DNA of 64,000 nucleotides from Catajapyx aquilonaris (taxonomy: Eukaryota): the NCBI GenBank assembly GCA_000934665.2, contig KZ538291.1:1-64000 (forward strand). The letters run 5' to 3'. How positions within the stretch are numbered: the first letter of the stretch is position 1; each line of letters begins with the position of its first letter. The notes below the pieces were generated by a model. That model had not been told where the DNA came from, did not search any database, and worked only from the letters and a program-made list of their open reading frames with translations. The position numbers were made by a program, and so were the translations under genes. Shown one piece after another: positions 38,204-51,490 of the stretch.

Positions 38204-41044
38204 ATTTTATATGGAATATAGAGTACTGGTTTATAATTATATAATAACAATTAAAAATATAATATTTAAAATTTTATAGGCCTATAGCTGGGGTAGGTAT
38301 ATCCTGAGGTCACAAACGATCACAACGCAGTACATAAACAATGAATCATATCAAAGAAGCTTCCTTTCAACAATATACAAACCTCATTTGACTCATCCTA
38401 CTATTTTTAGACAAATCCTTCTCATATCTAGTCTCCAGCTAATGCACATCCTCATCAAACATCACGAAAACACTGCTCTTTGTGAAAGTCCTAGATATTT
38501 CAACTGAATTTGAAGGAAATCCTCTTCCCTCCGCAGGCGAAAAATTTTCTTCTTCTTCCGCCCCCTTTCTTTTTTTTGCTTTATTTTTCCCTTCATTTCA
38601 TTTTCTTGCGACATGTCAAGGGGAAGAAGGACACGTTTCAACATCTTCCAGACTAACTTTTGTGGCAGCAGCTCTTTCCTGCTTCGTGAGAGAATGAGGG
38701 AAAGAAGGAGGGAGAAAAAGGCAGGCAAAACCCTGAGAATGGACAGTGAAGAAATATCTGCCAGAACACACCCCAGTGATTAATCATGGCCGTCGTTGTG
38801 TATACTGTTTTGTAGGCAAAATAGACAGGCTGTCGCTCAAAAAATGGCAACCGCTCGCAACATGACGTAAATGCCAGGGGATCGTATCAAAAAGTAGGGG
38901 AGTTCGCAACAAAAATGGAAGCCCACCACAACATAAGACCAGCTCACAGGGGGGGTAGAGTAACCATAAAAACCATAGAGGGTTGGTAAGCCTGATCGAT
39001 CAACAATAGAGTGTGTAACTATAGAAAATTCGAGACACCAGCAAATGCTCTCTAATGAAGTTGCTAATGATTGAATATTACAAAAATGGTGTGATGACAA
39101 TATTGTTGATAGACACGCCATTCAAAATGCAAGTTGGGCTCTAAAAATCGGGCAAAAAATCCTGATTCCGAAGGTGCAATCGGTTTTTTTCTACGCGGAA
39201 CAGAAAAGCCAGGACGAGGCGTTAAAATCTCAAAATTTGCGTCGTCTGCTAATGAGGTGTCCCGCCAGCCCAGTCCGCCACCGCACCGCCGTGCACGCCG
39301 CCACCGGGCACTAGGCGAAACTTACTTAGGGCTGAAAGTCAGGTCGGATCGGGAGGTGTCGGGATGAACCTGTGGGACGGACCAAAGATGGCGCGGACCA
39401 TGGCGTGGATCAAGATGGCGCAAGATTATCCCAATTTCTGCCCAGTCCCGGGGGAGGCGCTGCTGTTTTGCGGCAGATACGAATTGCCTTTTGACGGCTC
39501 GCCCTGGCCTTACCGTTTGTGTCTCAGGGGGNGGGGGGGGAGGACAACCAGGCCTGGAAATACGACGAACCACCTACCCCTTGTTGAGACCGAATCCCGC
39601 ACCAATGGCTCCTACTCGCGAGAATCACGAGCATTCCAGGCCTGATTTCTTCCGCCGCTGACGTTGGGAGGAGGTGGGTGGAGTTTAACAGGCCAGGACT
39701 CGTGAATCGCATAATAGTCACTACACAAACGATTCATTGAATGACCTGACTGAGCAAAGAAAAATTCTGTGGATAAGTCTTCACCTATAGTGATTCTATA
39801 ATGAATGATGATTACTAGAACTATTGTTGAAAGTGTCAACAAAAATATTATGTGGAAATTTTTTACGTCTATTGATTCTACAATGATTGAAGATTATTGA
39901 AATGATGTGATGACCATTGTTGTAAATCACACCAACGATTCACTCCTTGAAATCTAGCCCACTTTACTATACAACAAACGAGAATTTATTGAAAGAGCTT
40001 CCTCCCAACGTTTGAACCGACTTCTTGACACGAACTACTTTTTCAGAAAGAAAAAAAAAGAAGTCTATGGTAGGGATTTGGCATAAATAATGAACCGGGT
40101 TGGTCCCACGAGCGATTTCACATTGTGTATTCATGAAAGGCAATGTTAAAGAATCCTCCGATATTGTGCCGAACCGACTATAAAAAAAGTGTCTCAAGTC
40201 GTACGAAAAAGAAGAAAAAAAGTCTTCAGACAAAACGACAGACAAAAAAAGGAGAGAAAACGATATCATCGCGTTTCATAGCATTGCAAAATTAATTCCG
40301 ATACCCTTGTGGAACACGTCAAAATCTGTGGATATTACATGATTCAAGAAGTATCCTTTTTTTTCCAAACCAAGCGAAGGGTTTTATCTGGCCTTAACAC
40401 GTCTCCTTTGCTTATTGGCTGTTCTGTCGTTTCCAGCACTGTCGATATTAACAGGAGAAACGGCTCTAGTGTTTACCAAAAACCTTATTGTCATACCTTA
40501 TGGGCCTCTAAAGCCAAGCCCGGAGATATTTCATTTTTTACCATACATATACTTTTAGAGTCCTGTATTTTTTAAGAGTCGTCCTAAGTATCGAGAGCAG
40601 TTAGCATTTACTCCATTTCACTACTGCAGAGTTGTATAATATATCTGGAGGGGACATAAAGATAGGGGCATTTCAGGCAGGCAACCGACACCAGAGGGCG
40701 TCACCTTCCGGGGGTGTTTATGGGGGGCTTTAGCTGAAGTTATGGGTAGGCATCAGCGTCTGTATCATTCGGCAAAGTAGTCGTTACGTGAAGGGGCCCG
40801 TGACAATTTTGCAAATGTATGCTAGTACGGCCGTGAGCGGTATGCAAAATTTTGGGCAAGGTGTATAAGCTCGTTTGATTAATTGCCTCTCCATCAGATG
40901 GGCCGCAGGGAAAAAGTGGCAACGTGGCAATCTGCGCAAAGCCATATGCGCAATGATAAACGTACATTTCCTTAGATTGAAGGCATTTGATACATTTTTA
41001 ACTTCATCGTTAGTTTTATTATGTAGGGATTTTAATGTCAATTT

Positions 41045-41800
41045 TTAATATCGTGTAGCGCATTCTTCTAGTGGGTTGCCAGCGTCTTCGCAACCTGAAA
41101 GTAAAAGGATCTAATCCTGAAATTTAATTTTAATACTGAGATTATTTTTGATATTTAATTATTTTAATATTTATTTAATGCATATTTTTGATATTAATTA
41201 TTTTAATATTTATTTTCTGTAATTCTGTAATTTTGTAATTCTGTAATGATTTTAATATTTATTTTCTGTAATTCTGTAATTTTGTAATTCTGTAATGATT
41301 TTAATATTTATTTTATGTAATTCTGTAATTTTGTAATTCTGTAATGATTTTAATATTTATTTTCTGTAATTCTGTAATTTTGTAATTCTGTAATGATTTT
41401 AATATTTATTTTCTGTAATTCTGTAATTTTGTAATTCTGTAATGATTTTAATATTTATTTTCTGTAATTCTGTAATTTTGTAATTCTGAAATGATTTTAA
41501 TATTTATTTTATGTAATTCTGTAATTATGTAATGATTTTAATATTTATTTTCTGTAATTCTGTAATTATGTAATGATTTTAATATTAATTTTTAATATCA
41601 TGGTAGCGCATTGTTCTGGTGGGTTGCCAGCGTCTTCGCAACCTGAAGGTAGAAGGATCAAATCCTGAAAAATTCAATTTTAATATTTAGATTATTTTTT
41701 GATATTTAATTATTTTAATATTTATTTAATGCGTATTTTTGGTATTAATTATTTTAATATTTATTTGATGTGTTTTAATATTTGATTATTTTAACATTTA
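41045..41800. repeat. ~550-bp-spaced direct duplication enclosing a 45-bp AT-rich tandem array
   Basis: gtagcgcatt.ttct.gtgggttgccagcgtcttcgcaacctgaa occurs at about 41055 and 41603, with (ttctgtaa)-rich units between. Confidence 0.85.
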
Positions 41801-42761
41801 TTTGATTATTTTAACATTTATTTTCAGTCAATTTTATTTCTTTTGATATTTATTGTAGAACCAGAAGCCTGACAGTAGTTCTCAGAATCTGCCACAGATG
41901 GCGGTTATTCAGGGCCAAACCTGTCATGCCATCTGTGATAGACTTAGAGAACTACGACTTGCTTTTTTGGCTAAAAGTCGACTCTGTAAGCAATTTTTTG
42001 ACTTTTCCATGCTCTTTTGTTTTATCAGTTATTAGTTTTGCATTTATATGGATCCTAGAAGTGGATTAGAATTTTCAAATAAACTTTATGCTGAATGCAC
42101 GTTCAGTGTATATAGATGCCTGCCTTGTAACTCCAAGCAGGATATGCAGGATGTAGACTTCTGAAACACATAGGTCTCAAAATAGGGGGAAAAAATCAAA
42201 AGCAGATATCCTCGTATACAGTTGTCCCCTTCCTATCTGGACATAACACAAGTCTGCAGGGGTAATTCCCCTGTTTCCGACATTTCTCCTAGAATCCCCA
42301 CTGTGGTAAAACGTGAACTTCACGAGATATCTCAAAACTTTTTTGTAGAAAAAAAACCCCTTCCAGTTGTAAGGCCTGAGACTGAAAGGTTACCTGTCCT
42401 CTGCTGGTAGGAGGGTTTCAATATAAGAAAAAAAATGAGACTTCAGGGATTTTTGCACGCGAAGACCATGTACTTTACCCAGAAGGATTCCTCTAAAGTC
42501 CATCTGTAAATTCGTGTTGCACCTTGCACGTCAACTACATGCAACCTCTCAACCAATATCTGAAAAAAATGAAGATGTCATATCCAGCTGTGATGAATTT
42601 AATATTTATAATCGTGTAAAACCGTACAACTCTTGGTATAAAAATTCATGGAAGTTTTCATTGTTAATATTGGTGTGTGACTAGTGAGCACGCAAAGGCC
42701 ATTGGACCAACAAGGTTTTTGCGAATCAATGGTGGTCTGTCGTAATGTAAATGTTTACAAT

Positions 42762-43550
42762 AATGGCCAGGGTGGATGTTGACTTCGACAATGTCACAGG
42801 GAGATTCGAATTTTTGAATTGTCTATGGGGGCGAAGCCCAACAGGGGGGCGCAGGCGAAGCCCCACCGCCGAGCGTAGCGAGTTGTCTATAATATTATAA
42901 TTATTTTATAAATAACTCTCTAATAAGCTCGGTGGTGGGGCTTCGCCCTCAACCCCCCCTGTTGGGCTTTGCCCCATAGACAATATAATATTATATAATT
43001 TTAATATTAATATTATAGGATTATACCATAATTGTAATACTATTGGATTATACCATATAATTGTAATATTATTGGATTATATTATGTAATATTAATATTA
43101 TTGGATTATTTGACCGAAGCAGGTTGGTGTAGGGGATAAGGAGCCCGCCTAATAATCGGGAGGCCCTGGGTTCGAATCCCGGGGCCGGCAACTCTGACCA
43201 TCTTTTTCTGTGGTTTTCCATGGTCCCCTCCAGGACAATTCCGGGGTCGTTTCTACAAAAATATGCCACAGCCGCTTCCTTCCTTAGCCCTGGCCCCATC
43301 CAATGGTGGTAATCCACCCCCCCTAAGGGAGCCAAACGCTCTACCACGGGGTATGATAAATAAATAAAGAAAGAAATATTATTGGATGATATTATATAAT
43401 ATTTCATAATAATATTGGTGTGTAGACAATTCGCTACGCTCGGCGGTGGGGCTTCGCCCGCACCCCCCTATTGGGCTTCGGCCCTATAGACAATTCGAAA
43501 ATTTGAATCACCCTGTGAAATTTTCCAAGTCAACATCTACGTTGGCCATT
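42762..43550. mobile_element. Foldback element with ~130-bp inverted arms hosting a SINE
   Basis: aatggcca..gttgactt..cacagggagattc..gcgaagccccaccgccgagcgtagcga is mirrored by tcgctacgctcggcggtggggcttcgc..gaatcaccctgtg..aagtcaac..tggccatt; an extra internal arm copy lies at 42928-42985. Confidence 0.85.
43112..43374 (+). mobile_element. Full-length tRNA-derived SINE, family C, with a Deu/Nin-like central domain
   Basis: A box tggtgtagggg, B box ggttcgaatccc. Core gtggttttcc..ctccaggacaattccgggg..gccacagccgcttccttcc resembles the Deu/Nin domain of arthropod SINEs (from memory). (taaa)n tail; TSD-like aatattattggat(t/g)at on both sides. Confidence 0.88.
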
Positions 43551-44651
43551 CTCATCACCATCCAAGTGTTTCCCCACCAAGATAGCTTACTCTGAACAGA
43601 TCTTTTTGTGTCTGCTGGTGGCTCCACCCTAGCGACGTACATCATTTTTCCTTTATCACTTTCGAAGTGGTTTCCCTATTACTCCGAAGTGCTTCCCATT
43701 GGCCCTCCACACTTAGGAGCTCTCCTCCTCGTCGCAGATAACGGCTTTTGAAGCTCCTTGGAAGAAAGAAAAAAAAAGTACGAAGAATAAGAGTACCATG
43801 GGTACCGTGGAGGCTTAAGAAGAAGTCGTGGTGTTAGATTAGCCCTGGAGGAAAAAAAAAAAACCCGTTTTCTTACAGGGGGGAAATGGAGAAGGATCTC
43901 TCACAACTGGATCATTAAACCCGGTTTTTGGAGACGGGAGGGTTATATATGTTTTTCATTTTTTTTGTAGGTTGTATATCATAGGTTGGATGCCAGGAAA
44001 TTTTTGGGGATGGGTTTTTGGAGCCAAGAGGGCTTGATGTGGGTTGCCAAGTTCTTGGCCTTTTCGACACCCAGATCCATAGTACTTGGAAGAAGAAAAT
44101 ATTCGAAATAGTGCAACATTTTATGACAAATTTGCATGTTAATAGCAATCTACTCTGCAACAATATCACATTACTGTTAATTAACTTTTCCTTTCATAAA
44201 GTTTTCATCAAATATGAGTGAAATCATGTTTTCTTCTCTGGTAATTGTATGGTTGTGCTACAGTGTAATGCTTTTTGCAGTACACAACCTGTATAATAAT
44301 GTGCGGGCTCAAACTGAAATATGCAAAAGCGCTAGTCGTTCTGGGAAGCCCAAGCTTATTATTCATAGCAATGGAAAGCTGTGTAAACAAATATGGGGGA
44401 AGCCCACAGAGCAGCCCCACAGTAACGTATACAACAAAGAAAGCCAAAAACGGTAATGACATAAAGGTATGCATTTGGCGAATTTACAACGTAATGTAGG
44501 CTACTGTAATAGAGAACTAGCCATAAACATGAACACACAACAATAGAGAATGCGTCTGCGTCTAATATCTATTAATATAAAATGCAATGTGTGTTTGTTT
44601 GTTCTATGTAAAGTAGCATGACCCCGAATAAACTAACGACCCACCAAACAA

Positions 44652-45005
44652 AACAAAATTGGCAAATCACCACGAGAGTGATTCGAGTATACTTTTCTCA
44701 TTGGGCAGTCCTGATACGATACGATAGAAAACAACGATGACATTGATTGTTGTCACCTTCATTTCCATTTGCTAAGGACCCAATTTAAACTGTAATCCGC
44801 CTGTAAATTTACCTTGGCGGTTAGAGTGAACCCGGAAATCCGGAAGGGGCAGGTTACCGGAAGTGGCCGGTTACCGGAAGTTGGCCATGTATGGTCCACT
44901 GGATCCGAATCCGAAAATCGTTTGTCGCTATATATTGCGGTTTGACCCTGATACCTGTCCACAGACAGACAGATACGTTCTGTAAGCCTTTTTTCGACTA
45001 AGGTA
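44652..45005 (+). mobile_element. DINE-1/Helentron-like element, copy 3
   Basis: attggcaaatcac..gtgattcgagtatactttt end, tagagtgaacc..ccggaagt block and cagacagacag microsatellite. Confidence 0.75.
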
Positions 45006-45923
45006 CAGTACATGACAAGACACTTGTTCCAAACACATCCGAACTCACCAGTCAACACTTTATCAACCCATTCCCTTGCACACTGCGAGTCCAATTTTTC
45101 GGCAAGGTACTAACCCACACCCAGAAAAAGGTATCTAGGATAGAACCTCCCTAGGTTCGTGCCTGTTCATAAAACCGAGCTTAAAGTTGCGACAGGAATT
45201 GGGCAAGACTGGTAGGAAACATGGCATCCTAGCCTTCCCCTAGTTTTGTGGGGTGGTAAAATCGTGCTGGTCCTAGCAACTCTAGGGCTTACAACCTACC
45301 CCTAGGCTAGATATTAGACTTGTTATCATAGCACTTAATTTGTAAGAGCTTAGCTTGAAACTGTTTTGTTGCTAGGGAGGGGTGTGGGAATTAGCAGGCA
45401 TTATGCACCCGCTTCCATGTGTTCCGGAAATCCATTCCGAAACTAATCAGACCCAAATGACTCTTCTCCTTGCCCCCATACGCCTTGCCCCTAGGTTTAT
45501 GGCTCCAGATTTACCTGGGGTAAGATCTTACCCATGGGGGTAAGGAAATGAAGGGTGTAAATAACCCTGGGGGTAAAAATTCATCTTGAGAGGTGTCAAG
45601 GTAGAGTATCGGAGTTAATGGACTCTTTTGCAACCGCTTAAGGACCTAGGGCCCTGCTGGTTTTACAGGCTGCTTTAAAGGGGGGTTTTAGGAGCTTCTC
45701 AGCAGGTTTGACGCTGACACTTCTAAGGCCAAGGAGGAAGTTTGAGGCAAAAATTATTTTTTGAGACAATTCTATTGGCACCAAAACTTATCTCGCATCA
45801 TAGAATTGGCTTCCTCTGTTTGTCCCAGTGAGTGGCAGTACTGGTAGTTCTGGGCAGGAGGGGTTACCCGCTCTCCCAAAAGGTGTACACCATGATTACC
45901 CTACATGACCTTTGATTACCCAT

Positions 45924-46195
45924 ATTTATTTATTTTTGTAATACCCGGTGATAGGTCCTTTTACTGTTAGGGGGGAAAGGGGAGGTTCGCAAGCGAGGAC
46001 GTTCTTAATTTATTGCTAGTCCTTTCTGACCCTCTTAAATGCCAGACCCTTTCTCTGTCCGGGGCCAAGAGAAAAGCTCTTGGCCCTGGGCAGAGAAGGG
46101 GGTGCAAATCTGCCCGGACATGTAGGGTGAAAAGTGGAAAAAAGACCAGACCAAGCCGAGGTGACGGGGACGGGATTTGAACCCCGACCTGACGC
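45924..46195 (-). mobile_element. Diverged copy of SINE family A, truncated upstream of the B box
   Basis: Reverse complement ggggttcaaatcccgtccccgtcacctcggcttgg..cttttcaccc.acatg matches 37402 onward; (taaa)n tail. Confidence 0.85.
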
Positions 46196-46779
46196 AACGA
46201 AAACTGGCCCAGGACTAGTTCTCATATGACGTCACACTATTTTTTTTTTGACAGAAGCAACATATGTAAACAACCGATTTGTTCACTCAACTCACCACCA
46301 ACTGTTGGACCTCTCCATCTGGATATATGACGCCTCGGTGTGTAATCAAGTTTGTGCAACGCTTTATGGGAACGTCAACAATACCCACTCTCTCCCACCG
46401 TATGTAACTGAATGTATCACCTTTCGCACATATTGCAACGAACCAGTGTTCACGTCAGGGTTTCCTCTCTGTGCGTATATAGCCCGCAGGAACGCTCCAA
46501 AAAATCGCACTTTTCCAACGGATATGGCGCGCGGTTTGTAATGACATCATTGCGGTTGACTATCATATTGATTGCACTACTGGCTGGTGCGATGTGGTAG
46601 GAAACGCAAATACATGTGCCGAAACAAATGGTACTTTGGATCTGAATTGCTCCGACGCACACGCACGCTAAATAATGACAAAATCCGGAAACAAGCAAAT
46701 AATCCGAACTGAAAACGAGACAACAATGTCAAGAGGGGGTTATTGATAATAATCGAAAATACGTACAACAATATGGATA

Positions 46780-47630
46780 ACTGAAACTACTATAATCGAA
46801 ATATCAAACTATAGTTACACAAAATAATAGGAAACTGGAAAAGAAAATATCTGTAAATGAAAGAAGTATCGATATAATCAATTGTAAAATACATATTGTC
46901 GATTATAAATCATCAAAATGGCAAGAAATCGATTAAAAAATTGCAAATATGCGAAATATCGGTAATAAAAATAAAAATATCAATAGTAAAAAATTACGGA
47001 CAACAAAAAATAAAAAATAATTATCGATAATAATCGAAATGCGTACAAATATACGGATTACATGAATATCGATTATCGCAGTAGCAAACTATCAATAAAC
47101 AAAATCACAGTAAACAGAAAAATGAATATCGGTAAACAAGAAAGGAAATATCGCTGATCAAAATGACAAAATATCGATAATAAAAATAAAAATGTAAATT
47201 TAATAAAAGACAACTAAATACGGAAAAGAGGATTATTATCGATAATCAAAAAGCGCACAATGATACAGATGACAGAAATATCGATAATCGAAATAGCACA
47301 TTATCAATAAACAAAACGACAGTAGTATACAAAATATGAAATGTAGCAAAACGAGAAAGGAAATATCGATAATCGATAATGAAAATGAGAAATTAAATAA
47401 CATTAATAATAAAATTACAAATATCTATCATAAAATTGCAAAATATCGATAACAAAATAACAAACCAGATAAAGTGAAAATATCATTAAGAAAATAAACA
47501 TATCGATGGTAAAAAATAAACCTCGATAATTAAATAAAATGTCCACAATCGAATAGCAAAATAACTATGATCGAAGTAACTAAAAACTGAAAATCGAAAT
47601 ATCGACAACCGAAATAACTCAACGAAATAG
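46780..47630. repeat. A-rich degenerate repeat block dominated by aaatatcgataat
   Basis: Recurrent tatcgata/aatcgaaat motifs. Confidence 0.75.
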
Positions 47631-48332
47631 AGCAAATAGGAAAGGAAACATGGCGAAACGGAAATAATTCAGCTCTCTCTCCCCCCCAAAAATGGTCCAA
47701 AAAAAGGAGCATAGTGTTTGAAGTTCATAGACATGGATCGCTGACTGCACTGCAGGGACCAATCGCGGCTGGCATGAAGCGTGAATCCTGTACTGTTTCG
47801 AAACGGGGGTTTGCAGAACTGGATGGGAATCAGATGTCATCGGTTGGACGGAATAGAGCCCAGCCGAACTTTTCAATTAGTCCGGATGCGACGGGTTAAA
47901 AATAGACCAATTAAAAGTCTCTCCCACTGCACTGTTAGGAAGCTGTTGAATTACACAAAAATTCGTTATGTTGGCAAGCCTGGTTAATTTCGCCCCGTGG
48001 GATTGCACAAGCTGTTCTAACATGTTGAACCTGGTTGCATATTAGCTGCCAGTCACCAATAGTGTCCAATAGCATCCACGCATAAATAATTCAAGCAATA
48101 TCTAGAATAGGCTACACACTATTCAACCCGTGTATGGTTATCTAACTGTAGGATATACGCTGCTTCATCTGTTCCACCTGCTCGGAATATGACATCATCG
48201 TTTAAAATTGATGGAAGGCTTTAAAATCGGCAGGTCCGATGCTTATGTGACTATAACCTATCCTTATCCTAGCCCTGTCCTTTTTACTTAACCCTTCCTT
48301 AATCTCTACCTAGCCTTTACCTAACCTTTACC

Positions 48333-48354
48333 CGAGGGGTTTACTTACTCTCCT

Positions 48355-48422
<68 letters not shown>

Positions 48423-48688
48423 TCTCTCCCCCTACACTATGATTACCCTAGATTACGTTATGATTACCCTGATTACCCATATGATTACCCATTACTTTAT
48501 GATTACCCAGATTACTCTCATGATTATATACCCAGGAATCCTTATGGTGGTCCATATTACCTTATGATTATCCATACCTTGTGGTTATATCCATATTACC
48601 TTATGATTATCCTTACCTTATGGTTATCCATATTACCTTATGATTACCCAGATTATCTTATGATTCCCATAGTGGGTAACCCCTCGCC
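48333..48688. repeat. (TC)n microsatellite and tgattaccc array bounded by cgaggggtt / aacccctcg, within CTAACC-type repeats
   Basis: (TC)n at 48359-48428, gattacc units at 48439-48665, short inverted termini. Confidence 0.7.
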
Positions 48689-49505
48689 TTTATCTTAACC
48701 CTGACCTAACCTTTACCTAACCCTATCTTTAACTCTTACGGTAAGAGTTAAATATAATTATATGGTTAAGTAAATGTTAGGTAAGGGTTAGGTGAAGGTT
48801 AGGTAAGAGTCTTACCTAACCTTTACCTAACCTTTACCTAACCGTTACCTAACCCTAGCCTGACTAACACAGTCAAAATTTCCCAGTCATCATTGGCCAC
48901 ATCACGTCATGTGACCAGCAATGATACCAACATAAGTTTCTCCCTAGCTTAAATCCCCACACCGCACCGGTTGAGCAGGACAATCAGTTTGTGTACATGC
49001 TTTCCAGATGACCACAACCAAGCTCCTCCCCTCAAAATATGGCTAGGAAACTTTGCACTGTATCTATAACTTGTCCGCATAGAGGCAAGGCAACAATGGT
49101 GGGTTGGATACCGCAGGGGCGTAATTTCATCTAGGAAACTGCAAACTACCAGCGCCATCAGCACTTGATCCCAAGTCCTCCCCTTCCCTTCCTCCCCATT
49201 CCCGATAACAGAGCAACGAACCCAGGGAAAACTTCCCTATCGCGACAGGGAGAAAATCTGCCACCCCCCCCTCCTCCCCTCCTCCCCTACTCCCTCAATC
49301 CATTTTGAGAATCCGGGTAAATCCGGGAAGGGCGCTGGGGTGTAAACAGCCGGCACTGAAACGAGGAGACCGAAGCGGCAACTTGAGCGACACTTTACGT
49401 TTCAACGGCCCCTTGAACAAAAAAATACACCGGGACCGATAACGTCACACCAACCGTGAACTGGTAGTCACTAATCACTAGTGATCAGAAAATAAGTGTG
49501 GTTAT

Positions 49506-50350
49506 TAACAAGTATGAATCGAATATTTAATGCCCATCGCTGGGCATTAAATATTCGATTTCATAAAACTTAAAGTTGAGTTGAAACTCAAAAACTCAAA
49601 GTTGGGTCAAAAATAAAATTAGACTCAAAGTTGAGCTGAAATTCATTTAAACCTAAAATTAAGAGATGAGTATTAAATATTTCATTTCATAAAGCTCATT
49701 CAGTTGAAACTCAAAACTCAAAGTTGAACTGAAATCAATTAAACTAGAAATAAAAGTGTAATAAAATAAAACTCAAAATTTAGCTGAAATCAATTTAAAC
49801 TCAAAATTGTGTTGTAATCAAAATTATGCTCAAAGTTGAGCTACAAATCCATTCAAACTCAAAGTTGACCTCAAATCAATCGAGTTTAAACAAAAATTTC
49901 AGATCTATATGGGTGAAAAAAGTTGATATGAACACATGGCGTGAAAAGTGGGGGTTAATCCGGAGCCTAAAATTTCGAGTAAAAATTAAACTCAAAATTG
50001 ATTTTAAACTCCAAATTGATTTTAAACTCCAAATTGATTTTAAACTCCAAATTGATTTTAAACTCTAAATCTGCTCCAAATTGATTTTAAGCTCTAAATC
50101 TGCTCCAAATTGATTTTAAACTCAAAATTGATTTTAAACTCAAAATTGATTTTAAACTCAAAATTGGTTTTTAACTCAAAATTGGTTTTTAACTCAAAAT
50201 TGGTTTTTAACTCAAAATTGGTTTTTAACTCAAACTTCATCTATATGGCGGGGAAATACTTAAAGGTTTATATGGGCACATTTCCTGAGAAGTGGGATCA
50301 ATCTGCAGTCAAGAATTTTGAGTAAAAAAAATAACTCAAAATTGAGTTAC
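49506..50350 (+). mobile_element. Probable second Helentron-like element: AACAAG end, perfect 20-bp hairpin and aaactcaaaattgatttt arrays
   Basis: taacaag followed by the stem-loop at 49517-49560, 18-bp tandem units, and a duplicated atctatatgg..aagtggg..gagtaaaaa block. Confidence 0.5.
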
Positions 50351-51160
50351 CCACTGAAAATTTATTTTAAGCATGTGACAGACCAAGAATCATTGGTCCA
50401 TCATCCAAATCCTTCTATTGACACTATTAACCTGCAATTTCACTATCGTTCAAACGCCAAAAAGCCCACCCCTAGCAACCCCCACGCACAACGCAACCAT
50501 GCATCCAAAAAAGCTTGCTAAGTGGATTCGAAGTGATTACGAGTCCCCTGAACCCTATTACTTCCACAAGCTCGAATCGCTTCAATCCACAGCTACTCTC
50601 TACCTACCGACCCAATACACTTTATTCGCAAGGCAACACCCCCTCTATGGGCCATAGGGGGTTGGGGAGGGGGGGGGGGGGGGTCTCCTGACTCAAATTT
50701 ATTTCCCACCCACCTTTCATGGCATGAAGCATACCTCTCTTCTGGATGACCATTCCGATGGGGTGGGGTGGAGGTAGGGAGGGTGTAGGGAGGGTAGGCA
50801 TTTCCATGTAATGAATGGGGCCCGGGGGCACGGTGATTTTCCGAGCCCCTTCATTGGCAGCGTAAATCAATTGCAGTTAGGTGAGATACTGCACATTCTC
50901 CGCCTACCATGTTGCCAGAGGGTGGGGCTCTTTTTTTAAAAAAATAATTTTTGGATACTTCAAAGTGTGATTCGAGTATACTATTCTTTCAAGTAAGAGC
51001 ATGTGAAACGATATATCGATAACGAAATATTTGTTTTCCATGTTCACTCTCTCTGCCTACAGGCGGGTGCAAGTGGGTAGGCCTACTCACTTCGGTACTC
51101 CGCTGTACACATGCAGTGGTACACTTCGGTACATTTCGGTACTCCTTAGGTACTCCTTGG

Positions 51161-51490
51161 TAGGGCTGTGCAATATTTCGATACATCGACTGTCGATACG
51201 ATATTTTCCTAATATCGAAGTTGCGATATCCGACGCTTGGCATGTGCGATATATCGAATATCGCGATGTCGGTTTGCGATATTTTTCGATATCGGGTTTC
51301 GATGTCGGATTTTCGATTTTCGATATATCGACTTCGATATCGGTTTTCGATGTCGGTTTTTCGATTTTCGATATATCGACTTCGATGTCGGTTTTCGATG
51401 TCGGTTTTTCGTATTTCGATATATCGACTTCGATTCGATATTTTTGAGTATCGAAAGTCGATTTGCAATTTCGGATATCGCACAGCCCTT
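51161..51490. mobile_element. hAT-type MITE with CGAT-rich interior, copy 1 (nested in a copy of the 52585 MITE family)
   Basis: TIR tagggctgtgc.atat / atatcgcacagccct; 8-bp TSD ctccttgg / cttcttgg. Confidence 0.88.
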
